From NCBI GenBank assembly GCA_047967505.1, contig CM106538.1: 64,000 nt of DNA. One strand, 5' to 3'. Both the position numbers and the translations under genes were made by a program. Origin of the DNA: Dipteris shenzhenensis. Its lineage: Eukaryota. The notes under the pieces were generated by a model. It was given only the letters and a program-made list of their open reading frames with translations, had not been told where the DNA came from and ran no database searches. Shown one piece after another: positions 52,703 through 64,000 of the stretch. Every line of letters starts with the position of its first letter. Within the stretch, counting starts at the first letter, position 1.

Positions 52703-53234
52703 ACCTTCCCACTGTGCAAAGTGTGAATCCCTTGTTCTGGAATCCTTGTGTGAATATAAAGTCCTTCAAAGATCTCAGACTTGATCTCTTGGAATCTTCG
52801 ATATATATTACTTGGGACTTTTTTAGGGGTTGACCACCTCTCTAATATAGTCGGCTTTTCAATAAAACTTGAGTTAAGTAGTAAATTTTCTTTGTATTTA
52901 TTCATCCTTATATACAATGGTGGTCTCTCGAAACGTAGAAGAGTAAAACTTGGTTGTATACTACCCGCGTATATAACTTTAGGGGCTGACTATACATTTG
53001 GCTTTTTTATATAACTTCAGTTTTTAAGTAATAATTCGCCATATATCCGTCCTTGGATATGACTACTTCACTCAGCTGGAATTTATGATTTGAAAATGTT
53101 GCATTTAGTTGGATTCGAATGTTCCATTTTCTTATGACTGCTTCACTCAGTTGGACTTTATAATTTGAAAATGTTTCCCTGAGTTGGACTTTATAATTTG
53201 ATGGACATTTTCCAATAATACAGTATGATTCCAT
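52703..53234 (-). pseudogene. Probable N-terminal part of the transposase gene
   Basis: Non-copia coding sequence YIRMNKYKENLLL..KKVPSNIYRRFQEIK on the same strand, upstream of the copia segment. Short SNYKVQL-encoding repeats at 53060-53200. Confidence 0.45.
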
Positions 53235-53259
53235 AGAGCACCATTCATTTAGGGTTTGT

Positions 53260-54619
53260 TGTCACTAGCTCGGTGGCTGAATTTTGATAATAGATAAAGA
53301 GAACCAGCCTAAAGGGGATTGTTTTATTATAGCACATTGCAATAATATGATCCGTTTTAGGATAGCAAGGCGGTAGTGTAGGATAAGTGGTCACCAGCAC
53401 AATGGTTGGATGCATACTAGGATATTAATTGCCACCAGTGCGGTGGTTTGCTTCTATTATTACAAGATGAATGGCATGCAATTCATTCATTTAGGATTTG
53501 TGGTCACCCGTGTATTTGTGGTCATAGCCCGGTGATTGAAATTTGATAATAGTTAAAGAGAACCAACCTAAAGGGGACACCATAAACAAATGCATTTTCT
53601 AATATTTCACTAGCCCATGGTTGAAATAGAGAACCAACGTGTTTGTGGGAGCTATTTTCCTTGTGTGCAACTAAGGAAAATGCAATTGGATCCCATGACG
53701 TGTGATTAGATGACTAAAAACAAGCACGGTGGTTGTTTGGGATATACTAAAAGCAAGCGTGGGGTTAATCTATTGCTTGGGATTTACAAACTTAAGCACG
53801 GTGGTTGTTTGGGACACATGATGAGGATCCAGGTGTCCTTTCTTGCTACACATGATGAGGATCTGTTGGCCTACAGACTGCACATTCATCGAGGAGACAT
53901 GGGAATCGATCCCCATGGAGCAATGCTCCAATACGACCAAATCTCAAGTCATTCACAGCTTGCCTGCACATGTCAAATCCTATGTGTGTTTGGCAAATTG
54001 GCAACAACAAACATTCTTGTCTTTCAGTTTCCTGACGTCCCAGGGCTTCCAATGCTCAAAGCTCCTCTGCCCAATTGAAATGTCAGGATTCTGATCCATA
54101 AAATTGAGATACAATCCATATGCTGACCCAACATGTAGGCCCCCTTTTTGCACTACTATCTGAAAAACAAAATAAAATACAATATGCGCAAAAATACAGT
54201 CTAATCAAACTAATCAACCTACGGGAAAACAAAATAATTTCAACCCCCGTGCTAGTTTAATATAGTCATATATAATAAGGTACTAGCAAAACAAAAAAAT
54301 TTCAACCACCTCGTTGGTTTAGGACAGTCACAATTTAAACCACCAGGCTAGTTTAGGACATGGTCACAATTTCAACCACCGGGCTGGTTCACTATTTCAA
54401 CTACCAGGCTGGTTTAGCCTAACGGTCATAATTAGACAATAACAATTATATTGATTTTCATTTTTGAATTTCATCAAGTAAGTGCATGGAAAAAGAAATA
54501 ATTCAAATTATAAATAGTGTTGGATTTATTAAAAGATCTTTGCACATGCACAAATTGCACATTTTCAACTTCTTCCATTTTAGGGTGAATCTAGATACCA
54601 ATACCAACAGCTATCAATG
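53260..54619 (-). mobile_element. DFAENY-family DNA transposon, internally deleted copy C
   Basis: 53850-54155 is the reverse complement of 25190-25500. 54530-54619 is the reverse complement of 17837-17930. 53270-53470 matches 26400-26575. Confidence 0.8.
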
Positions 54620-57600
54620 TTTTAAGACCACCATGTAGTAGTCCCACTAGTTTGGATTCCAAATTTTCAATCTGTTTTGGTTTTCAACAAATCAAAAAAA
54701 AGTTATGGAGCGTGCCCTCAAATGGGTGTGCATCACTTTAGCACAACATTGGAGGCCCGCTAATCCATGCCTAATGTTCTCATTTAGGTGTGTCCTTAGG
54801 TTGAGGAGAAGCTCACATAGTGTAATTTTGGATGATTATGTGGTTGAATTTCTGTACAAAATGAAATTTTTAATAAATTGCTATATCCTATAGTCTTCAG
54901 GATGCATGCTTCACATGCAATGCACTTGTAATGCTTCTTATCCCCTAATTTTTTGGTCTCATGTTTAAGTTTGGAATGTGTACTACAACTTCAAGACAAA
55001 TTTTGCCAAATTTTGTTGAGAAATACGTAAGTTATGGGTCATGCAAGATACCTATATAGAGAAAAGTCCCTGAACCTCACCAAAAATGGCTACACCGAAG
55101 CAAACAATGACCCCTAAGGCTATTACTCAGCAGGGTAACTACAAGATTAAGCACTCGAGCGATTTTTACAAAGCATACAAGATTTACCTTGCCCTATAGC
55201 CTCTACTTTGCCTAAGTATTTCAAGGCGCTCGTATGATTAACCGAGAAGTTACTACAGGTGGCTACGACCAAGAACGCCAGTTTGTGGCAACATTTTTTC
55301 CAAGTTTGTCGCTTGTTGCTTGCCAAGCTCACTAAGCCATACGTGCAACAAAAGCAGTATAAATAGGAGTTTGTGCACCTTGGCATCACGGACCTAGACA
55401 TGGTCCATGTAGCAGAGCAATGGAAAGAAGAATGCCAAAGATCCACCCTCAACAAAGTACCTATCACTATCAATGCCTTGCATCCGTAGCCGTCAGCCCT
55501 AGCACCAGGTTTCCTTGATCCACTTCATGCCTATCTCTTTGAGCAGGATACCCCATATCCTCTTTCGCTTCAACCATCCGCCCTAGTGATTGTGCCCCAT
55601 CCGGCACCCCCAAAGAGGACAAGGCACCATTGAGGACACTCCAGTCTAGTAGATCATCCAATATTGAAGACCGTCTTCAATTTGTTTCTTCCTTCAGACC
55701 TTGTCATCCACTGGGACACGGATGAAGTTACCTCGAGGAGAAGTGTTGAATCATGGTTGACACAAGAACCCAACTAGGCATCGGACAACCAAACACCTTG
55801 GTTAGCTCAATAGGTAGCCAAGCGCCAAGCGTTGGAGTTCCGAGTAGCAAGGACAAGTAGTGGGTCGACACCAAAGCAGTCCAGTAGTAGTTAGCAATTG
55901 AGTAAGGTTCCCAGTTAGGAGCTAGTAGGTCAGTTGCCAAGACCGCCTTGTAGATGGAGCCAGTCTATAAGTTGTTGATTGTAATAGAGGAATGGGAAGC
56001 TTCTAGCTCGTAGTGTCTTGAATGAGAGACAAGTCCAAGTGAGTCTAGAGTGTTGTTGCAAGGTTGAGTGGTTCACCTTGAGTAAAGGTATGATTCTGTG
56101 TAGCCCTTGGCTATTTGTTGGCCAGGTTCCCTTTAGAAATACAAGTATCGCATTCCAATACCATCTTGATCAATATCATTGTGTACTTGTGTTGTTTCTT
56201 GTCCACCCGTCTTCATACGGTTTTCTTCCACACAACACAGACCTCGTTAGTGCATGACACAATTCTACAACCAAGCACTGGTAGGAATGCTAGTCAGTCA
56301 CTGAGGAGTGCAAGACAGGGCATCTTCCACCAAAGCACTGTGCACACACTTAGCATCGGGCACCCTGAGAGGCAAGGGAACTAGGAGTAGAACCAAGTGT
56401 CAACATAAATGTATTATATTGAGATGGGCAGGTCCTTGCTTTCCATGGGTAGAGCGATATGTTAGACTTTAGGATGTAGAGGTGGAGAGATGAGTAATTG
56501 TGATTGATAAATATCAATATGGGACTATATGGCTGTCTAAGCGTGGTAATGAAGAGATTCGGTATTTATGTATGGTTTATTTTTCTCGTTTCTAGGGACA
56601 TCTTTTATGCAATTTAGTTTGAATTTTAGTTAGGTGCAAGAAAGTGTATTGAAGTTTCTTTCTCTTACACAAATGCATTCTTCTATGTTGGTATTTGCTT
56701 ATCGTACAGGACAAAAACCTCATTTGTTTTTGGTACAGAGTCTCCATGGTATTTTGATATGCATTGGGTAAGACAAACTTGTGATATTTTGACTTACTGT
56801 ACACACGTGGCACTTAACCTTCTGTGTGCCAACATGTTCACATTGGTTAGAGTTCTATTCAATGATCTATTGGATTTGTTTATGTGCTCCTCAGTTTGCC
56901 AAGTGGATTAGTTCTATAGATGGCTTGTGGTAGAAGGCCTCTTATGAGAGCATGCCAAGCTAGGGCTCATCCATGTTATTCATTTGACATGGATCCTCTT
57001 GACTTGGCACATACATTTGTGGTAGATATACTTGTGTGTGCCACAGATGGATTGTGGTACAAGGCCCCTAATGAGAGCATACCAAGCTAGGGCTTTTGAC
57101 TATGTAATAATTCATTTGATAGGTCCTCTTGTGGTAGATACATTTGTACAACCCATGGTGCAAGCATCTATAAGCAAGAGGATTCATCGAGAGGAGAATG
57201 GGGATGAATAAAGACATGATGCACATGCAAGGATGAGAATCAAGAGATGATGTGTATGCATAGCGACTCCAGCCAATAATCCTTTTGATGACTAGTGAGA
57301 TGCAAATACATTTCTCTCTTATTTATTGTTTTTTATAATTACACATTGTTTTGGATATGACACAATGCATTGATGGTACTTATTTTCCATTGTAATTATA
57401 CACTTTCTATTACACATCCCATTGATCATAAGTATTTCAAAATGTTTATTGTGAGTGTGTTATAAGCATTATTTGAACTTACATTTGTTTGAATTATTTT
57501 AAAATGTAGTGTTTTACCTACATATGCTAGAAGAATGGATGTAGACATGGTTGGAGACCAAAGGTATAATGAAAAAGTGAACATCCTCATATTTGCAATC

Positions 57601-57842
57601 ATTTATTAATGATGAAAGTGGTCACTCATATTGAACAATTGCATGAGAACATGACGGTTTCTTTAGCCTTAATGGGGATTGACATTGCTATTTTTTTGTT
57701 TTACAAATGAGAAGTTATAAGTATAATTATTATTTTTAATTGCCATTTTTTATTTAATTGTTGTTCTAAAAAGCCATAATAAGGCATGATCTTATAATTT
57801 ATGGTGTCTTTTTTCTTACTTCTAATCATGGATATCAATGGT

Positions 57843-58535
57843 TTAGAAAATGGGGAATGATTGAAATTATAAGTAGGGAAGGATAATAGTATCTCAATGT
57901 ACTCATGCAAACATTTTATGAAAGCAGGTCCTATGTAATATAAACAACTTTAGTCTCAAGTCAAGAGATATGTATGAAGAACAGAATTGGGGGTAATACT
58001 GGCAGAGATAGGAGGTCTTGTGAAGTGGGGGGTCTTTCGTCACCTTGCATGTCACCACTCGTGTGCCGTTTGGACACCTCCTTCGAATGATTAGCCATAG
58101 AATCATGGCAGTCTTCAGAATCCTGAGCATGCTTACCTTGATCATCCCATTGTCCTCTGCAACTGCTTCATCCATTTTGTCACCAATTTAGAAAATGGGG
58201 AGTGCAGTCAATTTATAAGTAGGGAAATATAATAGCATTTCAATGCATTCATGAAAACATTTTATAAAAGGAGGTCCGATGTATACCAAACAAAAACAAT
58301 TTTAGTTTCAAGTCAAGAGATATGTATGAAGAAAAGAATTGGAGGTAATACTACCAAAGATAGGAGGTCTTGTGAAGTGGGAGGCCTTTTGTCACCTTGC
58401 ATGTCACCACTCATATGCTGTTTGGACACCTCCTTCGAATGATTAGCCACAACATCATGGCGGTCTTCGGAATTTCAGAGCATGCTTACCTTGATCATCC
58501 CATTGTCCTGCAACTGCTTCATCCATTTCATCACC
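57843..58535. repeat. Tandem duplication, about 345 bp x2, with a partial third copy at about 59085-59180
   Basis: TTAGAAAATGGGGA...ATAAGTAGGGAA...GCATGCTTACCTTGATCATCCCATTGTCC occurs twice. Confidence 0.85.
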
Positions 58536-58544
58536 TTGAGCCAA

Positions 58545-59080
58545 TTTAGTTGTACAAGAACGAGCATAGTGTCCCATTTTTCTAAACAAGCAACAAGGAT
58601 CAGGAAGGGCTCGAAAATAACCTTCTATCTAATACAGAAACCTCCTCAGACAATTGCACATCAACAAAATCTGGTAAATCTTGGCTCCTATCCCAAAGTA
58701 TACTCTTTCTGGCCCAAACTCCCTCTTAGCATAGGATAGTACCACCAAGACCCTTCTAATGGCATTTGCCACAATATCCACAGATTTTCCCAATCCTAGG
58801 AAAATCAACCCATACGCGGTAATCCTTAAACAAAAAATCATCAATACTAAACACCAGACTCCACGGGATAACGAGAACAGCAGCCCTGGCAAATAGGAAC
58901 GACTTTCCCAAAATCTCATTGTGAATCTCTTCAGTCACACAACGTAACAAAAAGAAATCTATGATCCTAGATGCATAACCAACCTCTAGAATTTCACACT
59001 CATAAACCAAAAACTGACGCAGTTCAGCAATAGTAGCGAATCTGCCAGTAACGAACAAATACCTATATAAACGACCTTCG
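58545..59080 (-). mobile_element. LINE ORF1 fragment (DUF4283-like region plus zinc knuckle)
   Basis: VLVIPWSL...YRVWVDFPRIG and a decayed knuckle LPDPCCLFRKMGHYARSC. Confidence 0.6.
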
Positions 59081-61465
59081 TGTCCAGTTAAGAGATATGT
59101 ATGATGATACTACTAGAGATAGGAGGTCTTGAGTACATCTGTATGAAGAAAAGTATTGGAGGTAGTACTTGACAAAGTTTAGGAACTCTCTATGGGTGGA
59201 TTAACAACATTAGTAGCATAGTCTAACAATGTGCTCTCCACTCTCTTTTTCAATTATGAGCTATTCTCTTCCTCTCTTCCTCTTGAAAATCATGGGTCGG
59301 GGGATAATAAATTAACACTTGGCTTGTCTCTTATGTGATTCAGTGGCATATAAGGGGATGTTACCATAGTAGCAACAACGAAATGCATGTGTCTTCATTG
59401 TCTGTGGTCCATACTGAGGGTTTTGCTATGCTACATATGGAGGGTTTTGCTATGCTACATTCTACCAAGGTGACCCAGGATATTTTGCTGTGCAACCTGC
59501 TCCAATGGACTAATGAGATAGGGAAGGGAATTCGGGGACCTAGGTCAGCCTCAAATGGTGACTTGCAATAGCAAGGAGCCATTGCATGGTAACTTGGGGA
59601 CCAAAGTCGCTTCCCTCATGTGGAAGGCATGGGGAATGGCCACTTAAGCAAGGCAGAGGTTTTCATGTTTCCAACCTAGCTCTTAAGGGCTACTAGATTT
59701 TACAAAATAGTAACTTAGAATCAAGCATGGTTTTGAAAATTCAAGTGGCCTTAGAATCTATGTCTTACATAGGTGAGGCTGATATAGTTTAGCTCAATGT
59801 AGTTTGTATTGTATATCTTGATATATGACGGAATGAGACTTTATATTATGATAACAAACCCAGACAATAAAAGTACTTGCGATTTTTTTTTCACACATAT
59901 AGTTGTGAATCCCATGTCCGGACATTTGTGAATTCATTGCTCCTATGGCTCTTTTTTCCAATCCGCTCTCGTTTATACTCTGTTAAGTAAAGTGCTGAGG
60001 TCGTCCATCCAATCATGGCTCTTTCATAGACAGAATCTAACCTCTCGATTTAAATGCTCCTACCCCACTCATAATTAACACAACTCACACATGGACCACC
60101 CCTCATAATTCAAAGTTTCACCCATGGTTAATCACCTTAACTACCTCCCCCCCACTTCCTCCCCCTTAGGCCTGTCAATGGCGGGGGTTGGCGGAGGAGA
60201 AGTCTGGACCATCAGATCCAAGAACATTGATAATCATAATTTTGGGCAGACAGGGTAACCTGATAGATTCCAACAAACACCGGGGCCAACTGGTCATCAC
60301 CTCAGCCTGAACTAAACTGCCCTATATGTTGCGCAGAGTCCCAAATCGCGCCGCCGTTTGACAATGAAAAAACAACACGTGCCTCGTTGGCACCGCCTCC
60401 TCCCTTCGCCGACGGCCGAAAATCACCATCGGTCTCCGATTTTCGGTTGAAAAATCGGGGCAACCGACTTTCGGCCTCCGACCGATCGTCGATGTGCTTG
60501 GTTTCCCCGTGAGAATCGGCTCCCGACGCCAATTCCCTACTCCTTCACATGACATGAATGAACTCGAGTCCTACTTTTTGATTGAAAAGTCCTCAAAATC
60601 CGGCCGCTTGTCGGATTAACGGCTGGATTCTAAGGACTTTTCCTCCCATTTCCCTTTACATAAGAGGAGGTCCCCATGCCCCCGTGAAGTTCACGATTTT
60701 GGAGAGTTTGAGGATTTAGAGACGTCCCCATGCAACGGACGGCACCCGGATGACATACGCCCGCTTGAACCACTGAATCGTAGGGGGTGGCCTGAGGCAC
60801 CCCCTGGCATGCGGATATCTCCGGCCTTCGCACTGCATGCTATTCTTGGGATGCTTCTTCAATGTCAGCCGGTGATTTTGCAAGTGGGCTTGGCGCAGGC
60901 AAGTAGGCGGACTGGCTATTGCCTGTGGAAGACGGTGGACAGTTATGGGGACGACCTTGTCGAGCTCAAACCGGTTTCATGCTTACATCCTCACTGGAAA
61001 TCTGCACTCCCTATCGTGGACATTACCGACCTGCTCTAAAGGTTCAAGCTCGGCTAAGATCAGATGTCAGCCGTTCGATCTGACCATTTTCATAGTGGGA
61101 ATCAGCCGTGTTGATTGCCAGGCGTCGGTCCGCCTGCTGCACCACGTGATGATTGCTTGTGCCAGCCATGTCATCAACTTCCATAGGAGAAGAAGCTAGA
61201 GTCGACCGCGTCCGCTCGCCGGATTCCGGCCACTGCATGCCCTCCCCAATGGCAATTTCATCCTTAAATTCATAGGATTTCCAGCTGAGCTACCTTCTGC
61301 CTGGTCGGTGTTTTCTTGTACTCGGATCTTGCTTCTCTAAATTGTTGCATCGATTATGTACTCTCAGCGAGGAATTTGAACATAATAGAACCAGTTGTCC
61401 CAGCAACATATGTCACTGTTCCCCGAGCGGCTCTTCTTGGAGAGGAAGCAACCACATAGGTTAGA

Positions 61466-63016
61466 ATGTTGCTCGCCTCGAATGTCTCAGATAGCTCCGG
61501 CTCTCCCGCTAGGGATTCAAATAAAGTCTTTGGTAGGCAAGAGGTGCTGAGTGAGCTAGGAACCACAAAGGCTCGTCATATACTGACATTGCATGGACAC
61601 CACCAGTGTGACCTTGCGAGGAGTGTGGATAGCGTGGCCTTGAATGTGGATATCCTCGATCAGCTTGGTCCTGAGACAGATGCTGCTACCTATGCCTCAA
61701 TTTTGAGGCGTTGCACCAGTGCCAAGGCCCTGTCTCAGGGTAAACGTATTCATGAACACATCAGCAAGCATGGATATGCAGGTAACAGATATCTGAGTAA
61801 CCTTCTCGTCCAAATGTACAGCAAGTGTGGGAACCTGCAGCATGCACGTGCTGTGTTTGACAAAATAGGCAATCGAAATTTATACTCTTGGACTATTATG
61901 ATGGCTGCGTGTGCCCAAAACGGGAGCCTAGATGATGCAAGGGCACTGTTTGCAGAGATGCCACAGCGGAATGCGGTCTCCTGGAATGCCTTAATCGCAG
62001 CATACGCTCAGAAAGGGGATGGCAAGGAGGCCCTGGTACTATTTGGCCAAATGCAGGCCGAAGGCTTTGAGCCAGACAAGATCACTCTCCTCTGTGTCGT
62101 GGATGCATGTGCAGGAGTGGCAGCCTTAGAAGATGGTCAATTGTTCCACTCCATTGTTGCTGGCAACGGATGGGAGTCAAATGTTGTTGTCGGGACAGCC
62201 TTTGTAAATATGTATGGCAAGTGTGGGTGCCTTGATGATGCGAAGGCAGTGTTTGTAGAGATGCCACAGCAAGATATGGTCTCCTGGAGTGCCATGATCG
62301 GCGCGTGTGCCCAGAATGGGCATGGCAAGGAGGCCCTCCAAATGTTTGATCATATGCAGGCCAAAGGCCTCAAGCCAAACATGATCACGTTCACCTGTAT
62401 TGTGGATGCATGTGCCAGTGTGGCAGCCCTAGAAGAGGGTCGAATGATCCATGCATCTGCTGCTGGCAACAAATGGGAGTCTAATGTTGTTGTAGGAACA
62501 GCCCTTGTCAATATGTATGGCGATGGTGGGAGCTTAGATGATGCTAGGGCAGTGTTTGCAGAGATGCCACAGCGGGATGTGGTCTTGTGGAATGCTATAA
62601 TTGTAGCATGTGCCCGGAATGGGCATGGCAAGGAGGCCCTGCAACTATTTGGTCAAATGCAGGCCGAAGGCTTTCAACCAAACAAGATCACCTTCATCGG
62701 TGTTCTCACTGCATGTAGTCATACAGGCCTGGTCGCTGATGGGAGGCAATACTTTGCATCTATGAATAGTCATCATGGTATAACCCCTTCGGTAGAGCAT
62801 TATGTGTGCATGATTGATCTTCTTGGGCGAAGAGGGCTATTGAAAGAGGCGGAAGACCTGATCGTAAGCATGCCATTTGGACATGTCACTCCAGCTTGGT
62901 TGAGCTTGCTTTCATCATGCCATATTCACAATGATGTGGACCTGGCCATCCGTGCTGCAAATTTTGTTTATGAGTTAGAGCCAAGGGATGCTTCTCGCAT
63001 GATGCATTTAAACTGA
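61466..63016 (+). CDS. PLS-class pentatricopeptide repeat protein with a truncated E domain (organellar RNA-editing factor type)
   Basis: 516-aa intronless ORF with repeated P-L-S triplets (VSWNALIAAYAQKG.GKEAL; VGTA.VNMYGKCG.LDDA) and HYVCMIDLLGRRG...WLSLLSSCHIH. Confidence 0.92.
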   Translation: MLLASNVSDSSGSPARDSNKVFGRQEVLSELGTTKARHILTLHGHHQCDLARSVDSVALNVDILDQLGPETDAATYASILRRCTSAKALSQGKRIHEHISKHGYAGNRYLSNLLVQMYSKCGNLQHARAVFDKIGNRNLYSWTIMMAACAQNGSLDDARALFAEMPQRNAVSWNALIAAYAQKGDGKEALVLFGQMQAEGFEPDKITLLCVVDACAGVAALEDGQLFHSIVAGNGWESNVVVGTAFVNMYGKCGCLDDAKAVFVEMPQQDMVSWSAMIGACAQNGHGKEALQMFDHMQAKGLKPNMITFTCIVDACASVAALEEGRMIHASAAGNKWESNVVVGTALVNMYGDGGSLDDARAVFAEMPQRDVVLWNAIIVACARNGHGKEALQLFGQMQAEGFQPNKITFIGVLTACSHTGLVADGRQYFASMNSHHGITPSVEHYVCMIDLLGRRGLLKEAEDLIVSMPFGHVTPAWLSLLSSCHIHNDVDLAIRAANFVYELEPRDASRMMHLN

Positions 63017-63463
63017 GAAAAGAAATTGTTTATCATGGTGTGAAGACTGTGCAGTTGTATTGAGGTAAGTACTGTGCTACGTGAATTTGTTGTTACAAAA
63101 CATCACGTCCTCAATAGGAGTATTTACATCCCGCTTGTGGAGGTTGAATGGGCACATAAAGGAAGCAGGTATGTGCTTGACCCGCATGCGGTGTGTCACG
63201 ATATAGATGAAGAAGGGAAAGAAGACATGCTTTGACCATAGTGAGAGGCTGGCTTGTGCTTTTGGACTGTTTTCTTTCCCCTTCTGCAGCCCTGCCCCAG
63301 AGAATATTTATTCGTATCACCGGATTTTTTGGGAGAGCTCCGACTCTCATGCTGGCACAAGATTCATCTAAGATTGCTCAATTGAAAACTTAGTTGTGAG
63401 AGAGATGACAATCCTTTCCGTCACATTGTTAATGTATTATGTCCATGTGATGATTATTACATA
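63017..63463 (+). pseudogene. Decayed E+/DYW domain, out of frame with the PPR ORF
   Basis: Broken frames give SCIEV..REFVV, HDIDEEGKEDML, HSERLACAFGL, LVVRDD..F.H and CPCDDYY. Confidence 0.8.
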
Positions 63464-64000
63464 GAGGCTTGTCAGACCCCTAGTTTGAAAAAGTATTACG
63501 CTCAGCAAAGTTCATTTTCCTGGTCATATTGTGTGACTGTGTGGATATTGTTACAGAGCACTATATTATCTATATTCCCATATTGTGAAACAAGTAATGG
63601 CCCCAATTTGTCGTAAGCTACTAATTCAAAGGGTGCGTTAACTTTGTTGTTTGCTTACTAATGTAGATTTGTGTTGTTGACAAAATAGATGGGTTTGGCA
63701 TATTAGGACACTAAGTTTCTCACTTTTTGCTGGTAAAAGTTAAGTCGAAGTGTGTGTAATAGTCTAGGAAAACCAGGATGTGCATGAAGCAGATGATCGT
63801 GATGATATTTTGTCAAAGCTGAGTGAGGTTTGAGGTTTTGAGTTGGTTGAATTTTATGGAGTATAGCTTTTCTGATCTGGAAGGACTATTGTTCTGCAAT
63901 GTCTGACTGGAATAGTTGGCACTGATATTGAAGGACGTTCACCTATTGGAAGAGGTCTTCTTGATTGGGTTTGGCATATTAGGACACTAGTGACTAAGTT

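Larger units (their letters stand above)
41069..53240. mobile_element. Large multi-gene DNA transposon (RAG1/Transib/Chapaev-like transposase, H3-Ulp1 fusion gene, two unknown genes); right end not identified
   Basis: Starts with the CATTAGG...GAGCTCATTTTGGGGCC terminus shared with the MITE at 3623-4076. Four tightly packed intron-containing genes follow, arranged +,-,+,-. Confidence 0.75.

Noticed and set aside
54640-55140. Right TIR of the large element
   Set aside because: A CCTAATG occurs near 54770, but without the preceding GGCCCCAAAATGAGCTC.
55140-56400. LINE 3' remnants (similarly 10030-10650)
   Set aside because: Weak LINE-like character, but no motif is clear enough to call.
60180-61300. 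GC-rich gene divergent from the PPR gene
   Set aside because: Only short ORFs without recognisable motifs; may be promoter or UTR sequence.

Overview
This is a repeat-rich eukaryotic window. It is probably from a land plant with a large genome, and the PLS-type PPR gene and repeat landscape suggest a fern or lycophyte (inference). Most of it is nested, decayed Ty1/copia, LINE, MITE and microsatellite DNA, with one host-type gene near the end: a PLS-E PPR gene at 61466-63016 followed by a decayed DYW tail. The most notable region is a decayed multi-gene DNA transposon of at least 12 kb (41069 to about 53240). It carries four things: (i) an intron-containing DDE transposase with RAG1/Transib/Chapaev-type core motifs; (ii) a spliced gene fusing a divergent histone H3, with an ARTK..ARK tail and full histone fold, to a Ulp1/C48 SUMO-protease domain; (iii) two uncharacterised spliced ORFs; and (iv) a divergent intergenic region with three G-boxes flanked by 205-bp tandem units carrying a 19-bp inverted-repeat motif. 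A MITE and a second end fragment with the same CATTAGG terminus lie at 1564 and 3623-4076. All protein assignments come from reading motifs by eye, without database searches. The right terminus of the large element was not found.
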